Of a stretch of 64,000 nucleotides of DNA, positions 36,612 through 47,000 are shown piece after piece (within the stretch, counting starts at the first letter, position 1; each line of letters opens with the position of its first letter). Both the position numbers and the translations under genes were made by a program. The notes under the pieces are model-generated. The model searched no databases, was not told where the DNA came from, and worked only from the letters and a program-made list of their open reading frames with translations. Source of the stretch: an uncultured bacterium (lineage in GTDB: Bacteria; Oederibacteriota; JAAXVQ01; JAUVAV01); assembly GCA_963710755.1 (NCBI GenBank), contig CAVQBK010000003.1, positions 1,184,001 to 1,248,000 of the forward strand, in the 5' to 3' direction.

Positions 36612-37829
36612 ATGACCAGAGCCAACGGCAAGGTAATCCTGGCCTTGGCCGCAGGTCTGCTGGGCCTGTGGTCCGGTAGCGGCATGGCCGCCGCTGTTAA
36701 CGCCGCCACTGTAAATCCCGGTCAAGCCGTTCAATTAAATTTGGACGGGCAAGAGGTTAAGGTGACCCTTCCGACCAAGGATTGGCAGGGGAGACGCTGG
36801 GTGGCCCTTAATGATGCGGTGAACCGTTTGGGCGGTTCTACCGTCTGGTACTTGGTTACCAAAAAAGTGGTTATTAAAAGCCGGGAAGGCCGGCAAGCCG
36901 TGATTACAGCAGGCCTGCCCAAAATGGTGGTCGACCGGACTCAAATGGTGCGCCTGCCTGAGGTGCCCCGGCTTCTGGATGGTACCCTGTGGGTTTCCCT
37001 GGAGAGCTTGGACGTCATCTGGGGCAATGTCAGTGAACAACCCCAGCCACTTGAAGCCGATCCCAAAGCCAGCTGCCCAAAACCCTCCGGAGTACAATCT
37101 GCCAAAGCGGCTCCTGCGCAAGCCTCTGTTGCCCCCATGCCTGTCCGTACGCGAAAAAAGCTTCTGGTGGTGGTCGATGCCGGCCATGGGGGCAAGGATC
37201 CCGGGGCCATCGGGCCGACCAAATTAAGGGAAAAAACCGTGACCTTGGAAATTGCCAAACAATTGGCTCGTTTCTTAAAACGCCGGGGGGTCAAGGTGGT
37301 TATGACCAGGTCGAACGACCGCTATATTTCCCTAAAAGAAAGATCAGACTTGGCCAACCGCCTCAAGGCGGATTTGTTTGTCTCTATTCATGCCAATGCT
37401 TCCCGTAACCGCAAGGCTAATGGCAGTCAGGTGTTTATCTATAACCGGGAAGCCTCTTCCCGTCATGCAGCGGAAGCTGCCCAATTGGAAAACCAGGATG
37501 CCAACTACCTGGAAATCATCAAGGACGATTTGCGCCAATCGGTCCATGAACTGGCCAGTGTTAATGCCGCGGGATTTGTTAGTCAGCAAATCGGCAAGCT
37601 GGGCATGGATGTTAAACGGATTGAACGGGCCCCTTTTTACGTATTGGCTAAATCGCATATGCCCTCCATCCTGGTGGAAACGGCTTTTATCAGCAATTAT
37701 AAGGAAGAACGGCAACTGCGCAGCCGCGGCTTTTGCAAGAAACTGGCTCAAGGGATATTTGACGGCGTGACCTCCTATTATCAGGCGGCCGCCGACCATG
37801 GGCGTCAAACCATGGCCAACTTAAAGTGA
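36612..37829 (+). CDS. N-acetylmuramoyl-L-alanine amidase (Amidase_3) with signal peptide and N-terminal stalk-like domain
   Basis: VVDAGHGGKDPGA, EK..TL, SIHANA, PSILVETAFISN; starts immediately after the ftsZ stop. Confidence 0.9.
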   Translation: MTRANGKVILALAAGLLGLWSGSGMAAAVNAATVNPGQAVQLNLDGQEVKVTLPTKDWQGRRWVALNDAVNRLGGSTVWYLVTKKVVIKSREGRQAVITAGLPKMVVDRTQMVRLPEVPRLLDGTLWVSLESLDVIWGNVSEQPQPLEADPKASCPKPSGVQSAKAAPAQASVAPMPVRTRKKLLVVVDAGHGGKDPGAIGPTKLREKTVTLEIAKQLARFLKRRGVKVVMTRSNDRYISLKERSDLANRLKADLFVSIHANASRNRKANGSQVFIYNREASSRHAAEAAQLENQDANYLEIIKDDLRQSVHELASVNAAGFVSQQIGKLGMDVKRIERAPFYVLAKSHMPSILVETAFISNYKEERQLRSRGFCKKLAQGIFDGVTSYYQAAADHGRQTMANLK

Positions 37830-38046
37830 AAGTCCTTGCAGGAGTGGCAGTTCAGTCTGTGAAAGAGCAGGTTCAACAGAAAGCGGGAAGAACGAAAAGA
37901 AGATCAAATAGGACCGCCTTCCAGCGATAAGGTATTTGGATCTTATAGGAATGGTTCCGAAATCCTTAAGGCGGAATTAATTATGAGCTACCTGAAAAAA
38001 CATAAATACTACAGACACAGCATCTGTCACAAGGAAGGAGCAGGAC

Positions 38047-39126
38047 GTGAAAAGTCATTTTAAAATGATCGGCTTGGTGATGGGGATGAGTATGGTGTTG
38101 TCCGGGTGCATGTCCCAGGAACTTAAATCCGTGGATATCGGTCAGGAGACAGAACCTCATATTATAAAAAAAATACGAGTGGGATTTAATCCTATTGGCG
38201 TGGCCCTGACCCATGACGGGCGCTTTGTCTATACCGCCAACAGCACCAGCAATACGGTCTCCAAAATTGATACCCAAACCTATCAAGTGGTCAGTACAGT
38301 CGAAGTGCAAAAAAATCCGGTGGCTATCGCGCTCAATAACCGGGACGAGCTCGCTTGCATCACCAACCGTGGTTCCAAGTCCCTCTCTATTCTGGATGTG
38401 GCCGGTAATTATCTGGTGGAGACCATTTTGCTTAATCATTCACCGGAGCAGGTGGCGTTGTTGCCTCGGCAACCGCTGGCATTGGTCACCAACGATAATA
38501 CGGATAATGTCACCGTAGTGGATGTGAAACAGGGTAAGGTGCTGACCAATATTCCTGTCCAGGGCAACTCCTTTGGGGTGGCCCTCACGCCTGACGGCCG
38601 TTGGGCATATGTGACCACCAATGATGACAACTACAACATTATGATTATTGATTGTGCCGCGCTGTCCGTGGTGCAGCGCACCAATGCCGGGTCCAACCCC
38701 AGTGCGGTGATCATGGATCCCCAGGGGCAGTATGCCTATGTGGCCAACAAAAGCTCCAATGATGTAACCATGATTTACATTCCCGAACATCATCCCACCT
38801 CCACCATACCCGTAGGACAACTGCCCATTGCTTTGGCCATAGCGCCAAGCGGTAAGTATGTGTATGTGGCTTGCCAGCAGGATTATGCCATTGATATAAT
38901 TGAGACGGCCAGCAATCAAGTGGTCAAGGAATTTAAACTCGATGTAGTGCCCTGGGGCCTGGTTTGCGCGCCAGACGGATCGGTACTGTATATAGCCAAT
39001 TATGACGACCAGAACCTTTATCAAACCACCGGCCTTTCGCCGGAGCAAACTTCTATCGGCACAGGAAATGCAACCCGGCTGAACAACAATAATCTATTAG
39101 TGGTCACTACCGGGAAGTACCATTAG
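38047..39126 (+). CDS. YVTN/YncE-type beta-propeller lipoprotein
   Basis: Lipobox LSGC; about seven repeats such as P.GVALT.DGR..YTAN...VS.ID; AAGGAG RBS. Confidence 0.85.
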   Translation: MKSHFKMIGLVMGMSMVLSGCMSQELKSVDIGQETEPHIIKKIRVGFNPIGVALTHDGRFVYTANSTSNTVSKIDTQTYQVVSTVEVQKNPVAIALNNRDELACITNRGSKSLSILDVAGNYLVETILLNHSPEQVALLPRQPLALVTNDNTDNVTVVDVKQGKVLTNIPVQGNSFGVALTPDGRWAYVTTNDDNYNIMIIDCAALSVVQRTNAGSNPSAVIMDPQGQYAYVANKSSNDVTMIYIPEHHPTSTIPVGQLPIALAIAPSGKYVYVACQQDYAIDIIETASNQVVKEFKLDVVPWGLVCAPDGSVLYIANYDDQNLYQTTGLSPEQTSIGTGNATRLNNNNLLVVTTGKYH

Positions 39127-39195
39127 TTTGTATCAGCAAGACCTAGATAGGTTGTGTGGATATCGTTCATTAGGATGGGTCCTAGAATAAGTTGA

Positions 39196-39302
39196 CTCAC
39201 ATAAAGCCGCCAAGACGCAAAGGAAAGATGAGAATTTGTGCAGGTTAAAACCTGTAATAATGCTTTGTTTTTTTCTGTGCGTGTTTTGCGGTTTAGTGTG
39301 AA
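39196..39302. repeat. Inverted-repeat element, family A (degenerate)
   Basis: CTCACATAAAGCCGCCAAGACGCAAAG ... TTTTGCGGTTTAGTGTGA. Confidence 0.55.
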
Positions 39303-39358
39303 AAAGATATTTATTCCGGCTTGGCCGGCAACGTCGGGCAAGCTATGAAAGGATTACA

Positions 39359-40828
39359 ATGAATATTTTGTTTCCTGTCTCCGAGTGCGTCCCTTTTGCC
39401 AAAACCGGCGGTTTAGCGGATGTGGCCGGCGCGCTTCCCAATGCTCTGCGCGCCCTGGGCCATGATGTGACCGTGGTGATGCCCTTGTACCGTCAGGTGA
39501 AAAAAGTAGTGCCGCATCTGGAACCTACGGGCTTGGTGGTGGAGGCCCAGGTGGGCAGGGAAACCATTATGGGCAAGGTTCTTAAAAACACCATGGGGCC
39601 GGAGGGATGCCCGATTTATTTCATTCAACAGGACAACTATTTTGACCGGCCTGAATTGTACCAAACCAGGGAAGGCGATTATCCCGACAATGATAAACGC
39701 TTTATTTTCTTTGATCAGGCGGTTTTGGCTTTGGGAAGAAAACTCTCAGCACACTGGGATATTGTTCATTGTCACGATTGGCATACGGGCCTCATTCCGG
39801 TTTATCTGAAAACACTTTATAGACAAGATCCTGTGTACCGAGACTGCAAGAGTTTGATGACCATTCACAATCTGGCTTATCAAGGTGTCTTTACTAAAAA
39901 TAGTTTTGAGTTGACCCGATTGCCGCCGGCTTTGTTTGCGCCTTCCGGTGTGGAGTTTTGGGGAAATTTGAATTTTTTAAAGGCCGGCTTAATGGCGGCC
40001 GACAAGATCAACACAGTATCCAAGACCTACGCCCAGGAGATCCAACGGGCCGATTATGGCTGTGGCCTGGAGGGGGTGCTCAAATTCCGGCAAAAGGATT
40101 TGTCGGGCATCATCAACGGCATTGACCTTGGGGCCTGGAATCCGGAGACCGATCGTCATTTACCTGTAAAATTTGGGTACAGCCAGTGGGAAAAAAAAGC
40201 CCTGATGAAAGCTGCGCTGCTTGAGGAAATGCATTTGTTTCCCAAGCCGCATGTGCCGGTGCTGGGATTAATTACCCGGCTCGACGATCAGAAGGGACTG
40301 GATATCCTGGCCTCGGTCATGGAAAAGCTTATGAACATGCAGGTGCAGCTGGTGATGCTGGGTACGGGCGCGCAAAAATACCACGACCTGTTTTGGGCGC
40401 TGAAGGGCAAGTATCCGGCGCACATTGCCGTTAATTTGACTTTTGACAATGCCATGGCCCATCGTATCTATGCAGGCAGTGATATGTTCCTCATGCCCAG
40501 TAAGTTCGAGCCCTGCGGCCTGGGTCAAATGATCAGCATGCGCTACGCTACAGTACCGGTTGTGCGCCGTACCGGTGGCCTGGCAGACACAGTAATCAAT
40601 TTTAACGGCCACGAAGGCAACGGCTTTACCTTTGAACCTTACCAAGGGGAAGCCCTGCTGGCTTTGATAAAATTTGCTGTTCAATTTTATCAGGATAAAG
40701 TGGCCTGGCAGCGTCTGATGCGCAATTGCATGGAATGCGATTTTTCCTGGAGTCGATCAGCCGAACAATATGAAACCTTGTACCGGCAGATGTTGGAAGG
40801 ACCAGGTACTGTGGAATTGCCCTTATAA
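39359..40828 (+). CDS. glgA: Glycogen synthase (GT5)
   Basis: SEC.PFAKTGGLADV, HCHDWHTG, TIHNLAYQG, GIINGID, PSKFEPCGL.QM, RTGGLADTV. Confidence 0.95.
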   Translation: MNILFPVSECVPFAKTGGLADVAGALPNALRALGHDVTVVMPLYRQVKKVVPHLEPTGLVVEAQVGRETIMGKVLKNTMGPEGCPIYFIQQDNYFDRPELYQTREGDYPDNDKRFIFFDQAVLALGRKLSAHWDIVHCHDWHTGLIPVYLKTLYRQDPVYRDCKSLMTIHNLAYQGVFTKNSFELTRLPPALFAPSGVEFWGNLNFLKAGLMAADKINTVSKTYAQEIQRADYGCGLEGVLKFRQKDLSGIINGIDLGAWNPETDRHLPVKFGYSQWEKKALMKAALLEEMHLFPKPHVPVLGLITRLDDQKGLDILASVMEKLMNMQVQLVMLGTGAQKYHDLFWALKGKYPAHIAVNLTFDNAMAHRIYAGSDMFLMPSKFEPCGLGQMISMRYATVPVVRRTGGLADTVINFNGHEGNGFTFEPYQGEALLALIKFAVQFYQDKVAWQRLMRNCMECDFSWSRSAEQYETLYRQMLEGPGTVELPL

Positions 40829-40888
40829 TACCTGTTTTTTTTCGCTAGCCTAGTCTCTTGCTGAAATCAAAAGAAAATCACAAATACA

Positions 40889-40905
40889 TGTTTCATCCCG
40901 AAACA
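40889..40905. promoter_or_regulatory. Palindromic operator-like site TGTTTC-N5-GAAACA upstream of giant paralog 2
   Basis: TGTTTCATCCCGAAACA; the same arms and spacing occur at 63108-63124 upstream of paralog 3. Confidence 0.45.
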
Positions 40906-41036
40906 CATTCTGATTTATAAAATAAAATTAGTCTTTTTATATCCAAGTCAAATTTGACCTCACCTCATTTTTATGTTATCCCTTTACATAACTAAAAATT
41001 TATTTCCCAAACAACAACATTAATGAGGTGACAAGC

Positions 41037-44000
41037 ATGCCCTGGTGGAACAAGTCCAAACGAAAAATGCTAACCAAAATCATTGCCTTAATGGTTAGTC
41101 TTACCTTTATTCAACCTTTGGTAACCTTTGCTTTTAATCCCCTTACTTATCCCCAACCGGGTCTTCCATTTTCCACCATCAACTATATGGGCAAAACCGT
41201 CAAGCTGCCCGTTAAAAAAGCCGCGGTAGTGGGCACATACCAGGGCAGCCCCAAGACCGTGATTTGCATTCAGGATTTACATTGCAATTATGAAGTCCAG
41301 AAGAACATTGCTTCCACCCTGGATTATCTGGTCAAACGATTGGGCTTACGCCTTATTGGCGAAGAAGGGGCCTTTGGTGATTTGCCCACAGGCGTAATCA
41401 AAGATTTTCCCAACCGGAAAATCAAAGAGGAAGTGGCTGATCATTTTGTACGCCAGGGCAAATTAACAGGTGCTGAATATTTTACAGTTACCACTTCCGC
41501 GCCAGTCCAACTGATAGGTATTGAAGACAAGTCCCTTTATAACGATAGTTTAGCGCGGGTGCACCATTTCTTAAATGCCGAGAGCCAGGGATTTATTTAC
41601 GATATCCGCGATCAGCTCGATATACTTAAAAATAAGATCTACAACCACGGCTTAAAGAAGCTGGACCAAAAGGCCATGGCCTACCGTATGGGGGATCTGG
41701 GGCTTTTAAATTATGCCGCTTATCTAAGTCAGTTGGCCCGTTCGCTTAAAGTGGATCTTAAGCCTTACGCACTCTTTAACCGTTTTGTCATGCTCCATCA
41801 AGATTTCTTTGCACCTGAAATGGAAGCAGACGCTCTCTACCGCCAGGTGGACCAAGTGGAAGCTGCGTTACGCCAAGTCTCATATGATAATGAAGCTCAG
41901 AAGACCTTAGATAATCTTTACCACCGGCTTTATATTATGGAACGGTTGCTCAACATTTCGGTCTCGCAGGACGAATTGGCTGATTTTCGTCAGCACCGCA
42001 CTCAGTTTAAAACCAACGTCTATGATGCGTTTTTACAGGCCCAAGGCACCTTAGGCCTGGACAGCTCTTTTGACACGCTCGACCGCTACCTGCAGGAGGC
42101 CGGTGAATTTTATAATCTGGCCGATCAGCGCAGCCAGGCTTTTGTTAACAATCTAAGCCGGGCAATGGATAAAGGTAAGCAGTCACTGGCCGTGATGATC
42201 AATGGCGGCTTTCATTCGGAAAAAGTGCTGGCCTACCTGGAGCAGAAAAATATATCCTACCTTTCAGTAAGGCCGCAGCTAACCAAGCTGGATATCATCA
42301 ATCCTTATTTCGAACTGCTGCAGGGCAAGAAAACACCATTAGAAAAATTGTTGGCCAAAAACCAGAATATTCTGGCAGTTAAATCAGCATTACTGGATCC
42401 CGTGTTCCGACATTTGACGGAGTTAATGGTCAAGGTTATGGCCAAAACTGAAGGCGTGGAATCCGGTGCTTATAGCGAGCTTTATAAAAGTGTATCGTTG
42501 AGTCACCTGCAGCCAACGGCTCATTGGAGTCGGGTTACCACTTCACTTGATGATCTGGTCGGTGTTCTGGTATTTAAAGCCAACAAGAAACTGACTAAGC
42601 TAAGCAAACAGCTGAACGCCATTGAGGTTACCACCATCGGGAATAGAATCATTGCCTTTTTTAGCAATGCCAATCAGACCCAGCAAGCTGCAACTTTGGT
42701 GGATAAAGCAATCGCCCCGACCTGGCAGTCCACTCTCCTTGGGATAGTGGAGACAGTGCTTGGGGCCAAGGCGCCAGGATGGAAACATGCCGGGTTTATC
42801 AATTTTAACCTCCTTACTTCGTCTCGATGGGCTTTGGGATTTTTGGCCACCACTACAGCTATTATCATGTTTGCAACCCATCAGGAATTGTCGGTGGCTA
42901 ACCTAGCCCTCTTCAGCTTGGGGTTAACCACCATGATGCCGGAGGGAGTGATAAGCCTTATTCAAGCTGGCTTTGAACAAGCCTATGCCCGCAAGCTGTC
43001 TCGATCGCGATTATATTATCCGCACCATCAAGTTACATTAAAACCGTCGGGTGACATCGAAGAAGAAAATGATCCTACTCTGCGGCAATTGATTCAGCAA
43101 AAAACGACCTTTTTACTTGAAAGTCAACGGGGTGAAGAGATCAAAAGAATTACAGGCGATGCGCTTAAAATAGAAGGGAAATGGTATCTACGTCTCGGTG
43201 ATCGCTGGGTGGGCGTTGAAAATGAAGACTTTGCGGACAGCATGATCAGATACGGGGACTTGTTCACCAGCCATTTTCTTTTAGGCAACAAACAATTGCA
43301 AATGCTTTTAGGGCTGGATAGCAATTCTTTACCAACGCTTGCGCCTATCCCGGAAGAATTCGAAACGGCTACGGAGATTCAGGGCCTGTTTCTTAACGAA
43401 TATACCGGCAACCAGCGCCTGCAGGCGATCAATTTCATTCAATCGACCAATATCATTAATCTGGCGAAAAAAGGTGAGTTGAATCGTACCACCCTTATGC
43501 ATTATCTGGACGCTTTTATAGTCGTGTCCCACAAGCGGGTGGCGGCTTATGATGAATTCATTGAAGCCAGGCAGAATCTCTTACTGCTGCTTAATCTCAA
43601 TGAAGTTCTACCGGGGAAGCACCTTACGTCAACACAGGAAACGATGATCAAAGAAAACCTGGTTTTCGGTGAAAAGAGAAAATTGGGTTTTCCGCAATTG
43701 CTGCTGGATATGATTGTGCGTAATCCCAGTATAAAAAAACTGATCAAAACCAAGGCCGATGGCCGCGTATCTTTTTTGGCTCAAGATGGACGAATTAGGG
43801 AAATTGATCTGGCCAATGAGACTTATTGGGGAACGCCGTTGGATCAGGATGAAATGATGGCCCAAATAAAAAAGCAAGCTGATCAAGCCGGTTACCACTG
43901 GCAAAAATATATGACCGATAAATTTCCTTATGCCCCGCTGGTTCCCACCGGGGGTATGGCCACGCGCATTGCCAAGGTGCATTTCAATCAGAATAAACTT

Positions 44001-47000
44001 TTTGGTCTCATGCTACGCATTAAAATGGGCCAAGAACAGAAGGCTTTGGAATATTTTAAGACAAAGGGATTTGACCAGTTTGAATTGGAGTATTTCGGAG
44101 ATTATGCATATATCGCCATCACACCATTGGTGCTGTCAATGAATCCGCAGGCTACTATTGTCATGGGCGGGTTGGCAACCATTGTACCTTTGGAAAGTTG
44201 GTTTGGCGGGTATGCCGCCCGGACAAGTTTACTTGAAACGCAGGATACGTTGCACCCCCTGACTACTGAGGGCGAGATAATGACCGATACCCTGATTAAT
44301 GGCGGACATGGCCGAATTATCACCGGTTTTTTTAGTAATAAAGATAAAATTGCCGAGCTCCTGGATGAGGGTTACGTACTCCGTTACAATCAAGCCGATG
44401 ACAAGGGCGACCGCACTCTGGGTCATTTGATGAGCCGGTTGTTGAAATTAGGACAGGCTGCCATGGCCGTCATCAGCACTCCTCAAGCCGTAAGTATCAA
44501 GTTTAATATCAAGGAAATTCAAGACGCTTTAAAACAAGGTGAAAAAATAACCTATAAAGGTCACGCCGTCAAAGCGGTTTCAGATGAAGCGCTGGAGTTG
44601 GTTAATGGTGACAAGGTCGCTCTTCAACCCATAAAGGCAGGACTTCAACAGGCTTTAGATAGAACCAATGCTTTAAAAGCAGAAGCGGAGCAACTGACAG
44701 GCCCGGCACAACGGGACAAACGCATTGATGCTATGAAATACTATAAAGAACATATTTATGACAAATTGTCGGAGTATCTTTTGAAAAATAGTAAGGATAA
44801 AGCCGTCATATTGATTGAAGCCAAGTTCAATCAGGGCGGAGAAATTGTTGATGTTGACAACCAAAGTAACTTTTACGAGAAAAGTGAATATATTCAAGAA
44901 GACGGAGACAATATTTACCGGGACAGCCACGGCCAAAAACATGCTTTCCCTTTGCCAGTAGTGCTGGCTGTGGATTTTAAAGATTTTAACAGTAACAATC
45001 TCTCCCTAGATCTGCTGGCCTTCATGGCAGTCATGGATCATAAAGCCAAGGATGCATATTTTGATTTTCTCAGAGCTTCTGCACAAGTGTTGAGTGAAAG
45101 CGAGCTTCTTGCAAGACGCCAGCAGGCTGAGAAAGAAGTAGCTGCGATTGCGAAAAATATGGATACCGATGTCTGGGAGGCCAGATTACAAGTATTTGAG
45201 AGGCTCATGTTTGCTTTGGCCGCACCGCCGATTGAAATCAAAGAAGGTAATGTCAATTTAAATATGATGGCCCAGAATGTGAGCCGTCTGGCAGCCCAAA
45301 TAGGGTTGAGTGATATCACCATGGAAAATATCGATATTCGCAATGTTGAACAGGTCCTGAATGCGGCTGCTAGCCGTGAAACCTTTACCGCACAGGCTGC
45401 CTATAAAAATGGCCAATTTAAAAACCTTGAAGGCCAGACGCTTAGTTTTGCCCGTTCTTCCCGGTTAGATGGTGTTCCAGTTAAGACCCTGGCTCAAATC
45501 AGAGGCCGCAACGATCAAGCCAGTCAAGTTAAGGGCAGCACTGATTTTGATCCATTTGCGCATCAGATTAATGAGAGCCTCATGGCCATGGGCGAAAGCC
45601 CGTTTCTGGCTGAAACCGAGATCGGCGAGGGCCGTGTGGTTAATATGGAATTGAATCAACGGCAGGCCGTCAACCTGTGGGAATGGATGCATAAGGAAGG
45701 CAAGGATATCGTTACCCCTAATGTCAAACGCGTGCTGGAACGGATGCTGGGATTGATTGCCCGCCATGGCGGTTCCCTGCCTGAAGGCGCATTTCCTAAA
45801 TCAGTTAAAAATTATAGCCGGATGCTTCATTTCATGCACTATTTATTGCCCTTGGTCATAGAAAAAGATCCTGTCAAGAAGCGCCTCGCCGAACAAAGCC
45901 TTTCCAAAGGATTCCAGGAAGCCGAAAAAGAGGGTGGGTTGATGACTACCCAGACATTGATCAGCCGTTTTCAAGCCGGCCAACAGCAACTTGACGCAAC
46001 CATTCAAATAGGCGGTCTCATTGGTGGTTTCTTGCTATTGGCTGGAGTAGTGACTGTGGCCAGTGGCCTGTTCATCTCCGGTTGGGTCGTTTTATTGCCT
46101 GTGGGGTTGGCGGTGTTGGGAAGTCTTTTAGCAAAACCTTATCTGGTGGCTGTATGGCAAACCGGCGAATTGGCCAGATGGCGGCTTGATCTTCAGTATC
46201 GAATTAAACGCTTGCTCCATTATTTAAGCCATCAACCACTGGCGGCAAAATTGACTTTTTGGCTGGCCATCGGTATTTCACACTTGTGGCAACCCCTTCG
46301 AGACAAAATAATCATTCATATACCAATGATCAACACACTCTTATTGATTGATCCGGTTTATCAAATGCTGGCGGCTGATCACTCCGTCATGACTATGCAA
46401 CAAGCTAAGGATGAGATTAGTCACCAATATCGAATGGAAATGTTTAATGATAAGAACTTAAATGCCCAAGAACAGACAAAACGAATTGCACGATTCAATA
46501 CTGCTGTTGCTCAAGCCTCCGAAATATTTGAAAATCAAGTCATGAATAACCCCCAGATTCGGGTGCTGGCTGACCTGGAAGATGACTTTAGCCCGGAAGT
46601 GAAAAAAGTGCTGGAACATTTTTTTGCCAAGCATCGCTTATTGGTTACTTATCCCCAGGAATTGACGGAAACTAACGTAGCGATGCAGCTTGGTGTAAGT
46701 GAACATGCCGCCCAGCTGGCCTTGGAATTGCTTAACGGCATACCGGCGCAAAAGACCAAATGGAAAAATATCACCAAGAAACTCAGCAAAGGTAATCAAA
46801 TGGTCTATTACCAGTTGAAGGAAAAACCGGTTGATCTGAAAAATGTTCATGTGGTGCTCATGCTGGGAGGCGGCATGGAATCCCTTTTGCCCGTAAATAC
46901 CAGGCAATGGAAGAGCAATGTTCCCACCTTGTTACAAAAACAACTAGGGCTTTTAGCTGAGTTGAAAATACCGCTTGCGCATACCCATATCATCTGTAAT

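Noticed and set aside
40961-41030. CACCTCATT / AATGAGGTG pairing as an RBS-sequestering switch for paralog 2
   Set aside because: The upstream half falls in the spacer of a plausible TTGACC-17-TATCCC promoter and may not be transcribed; 9 bp alone is insufficient evidence.
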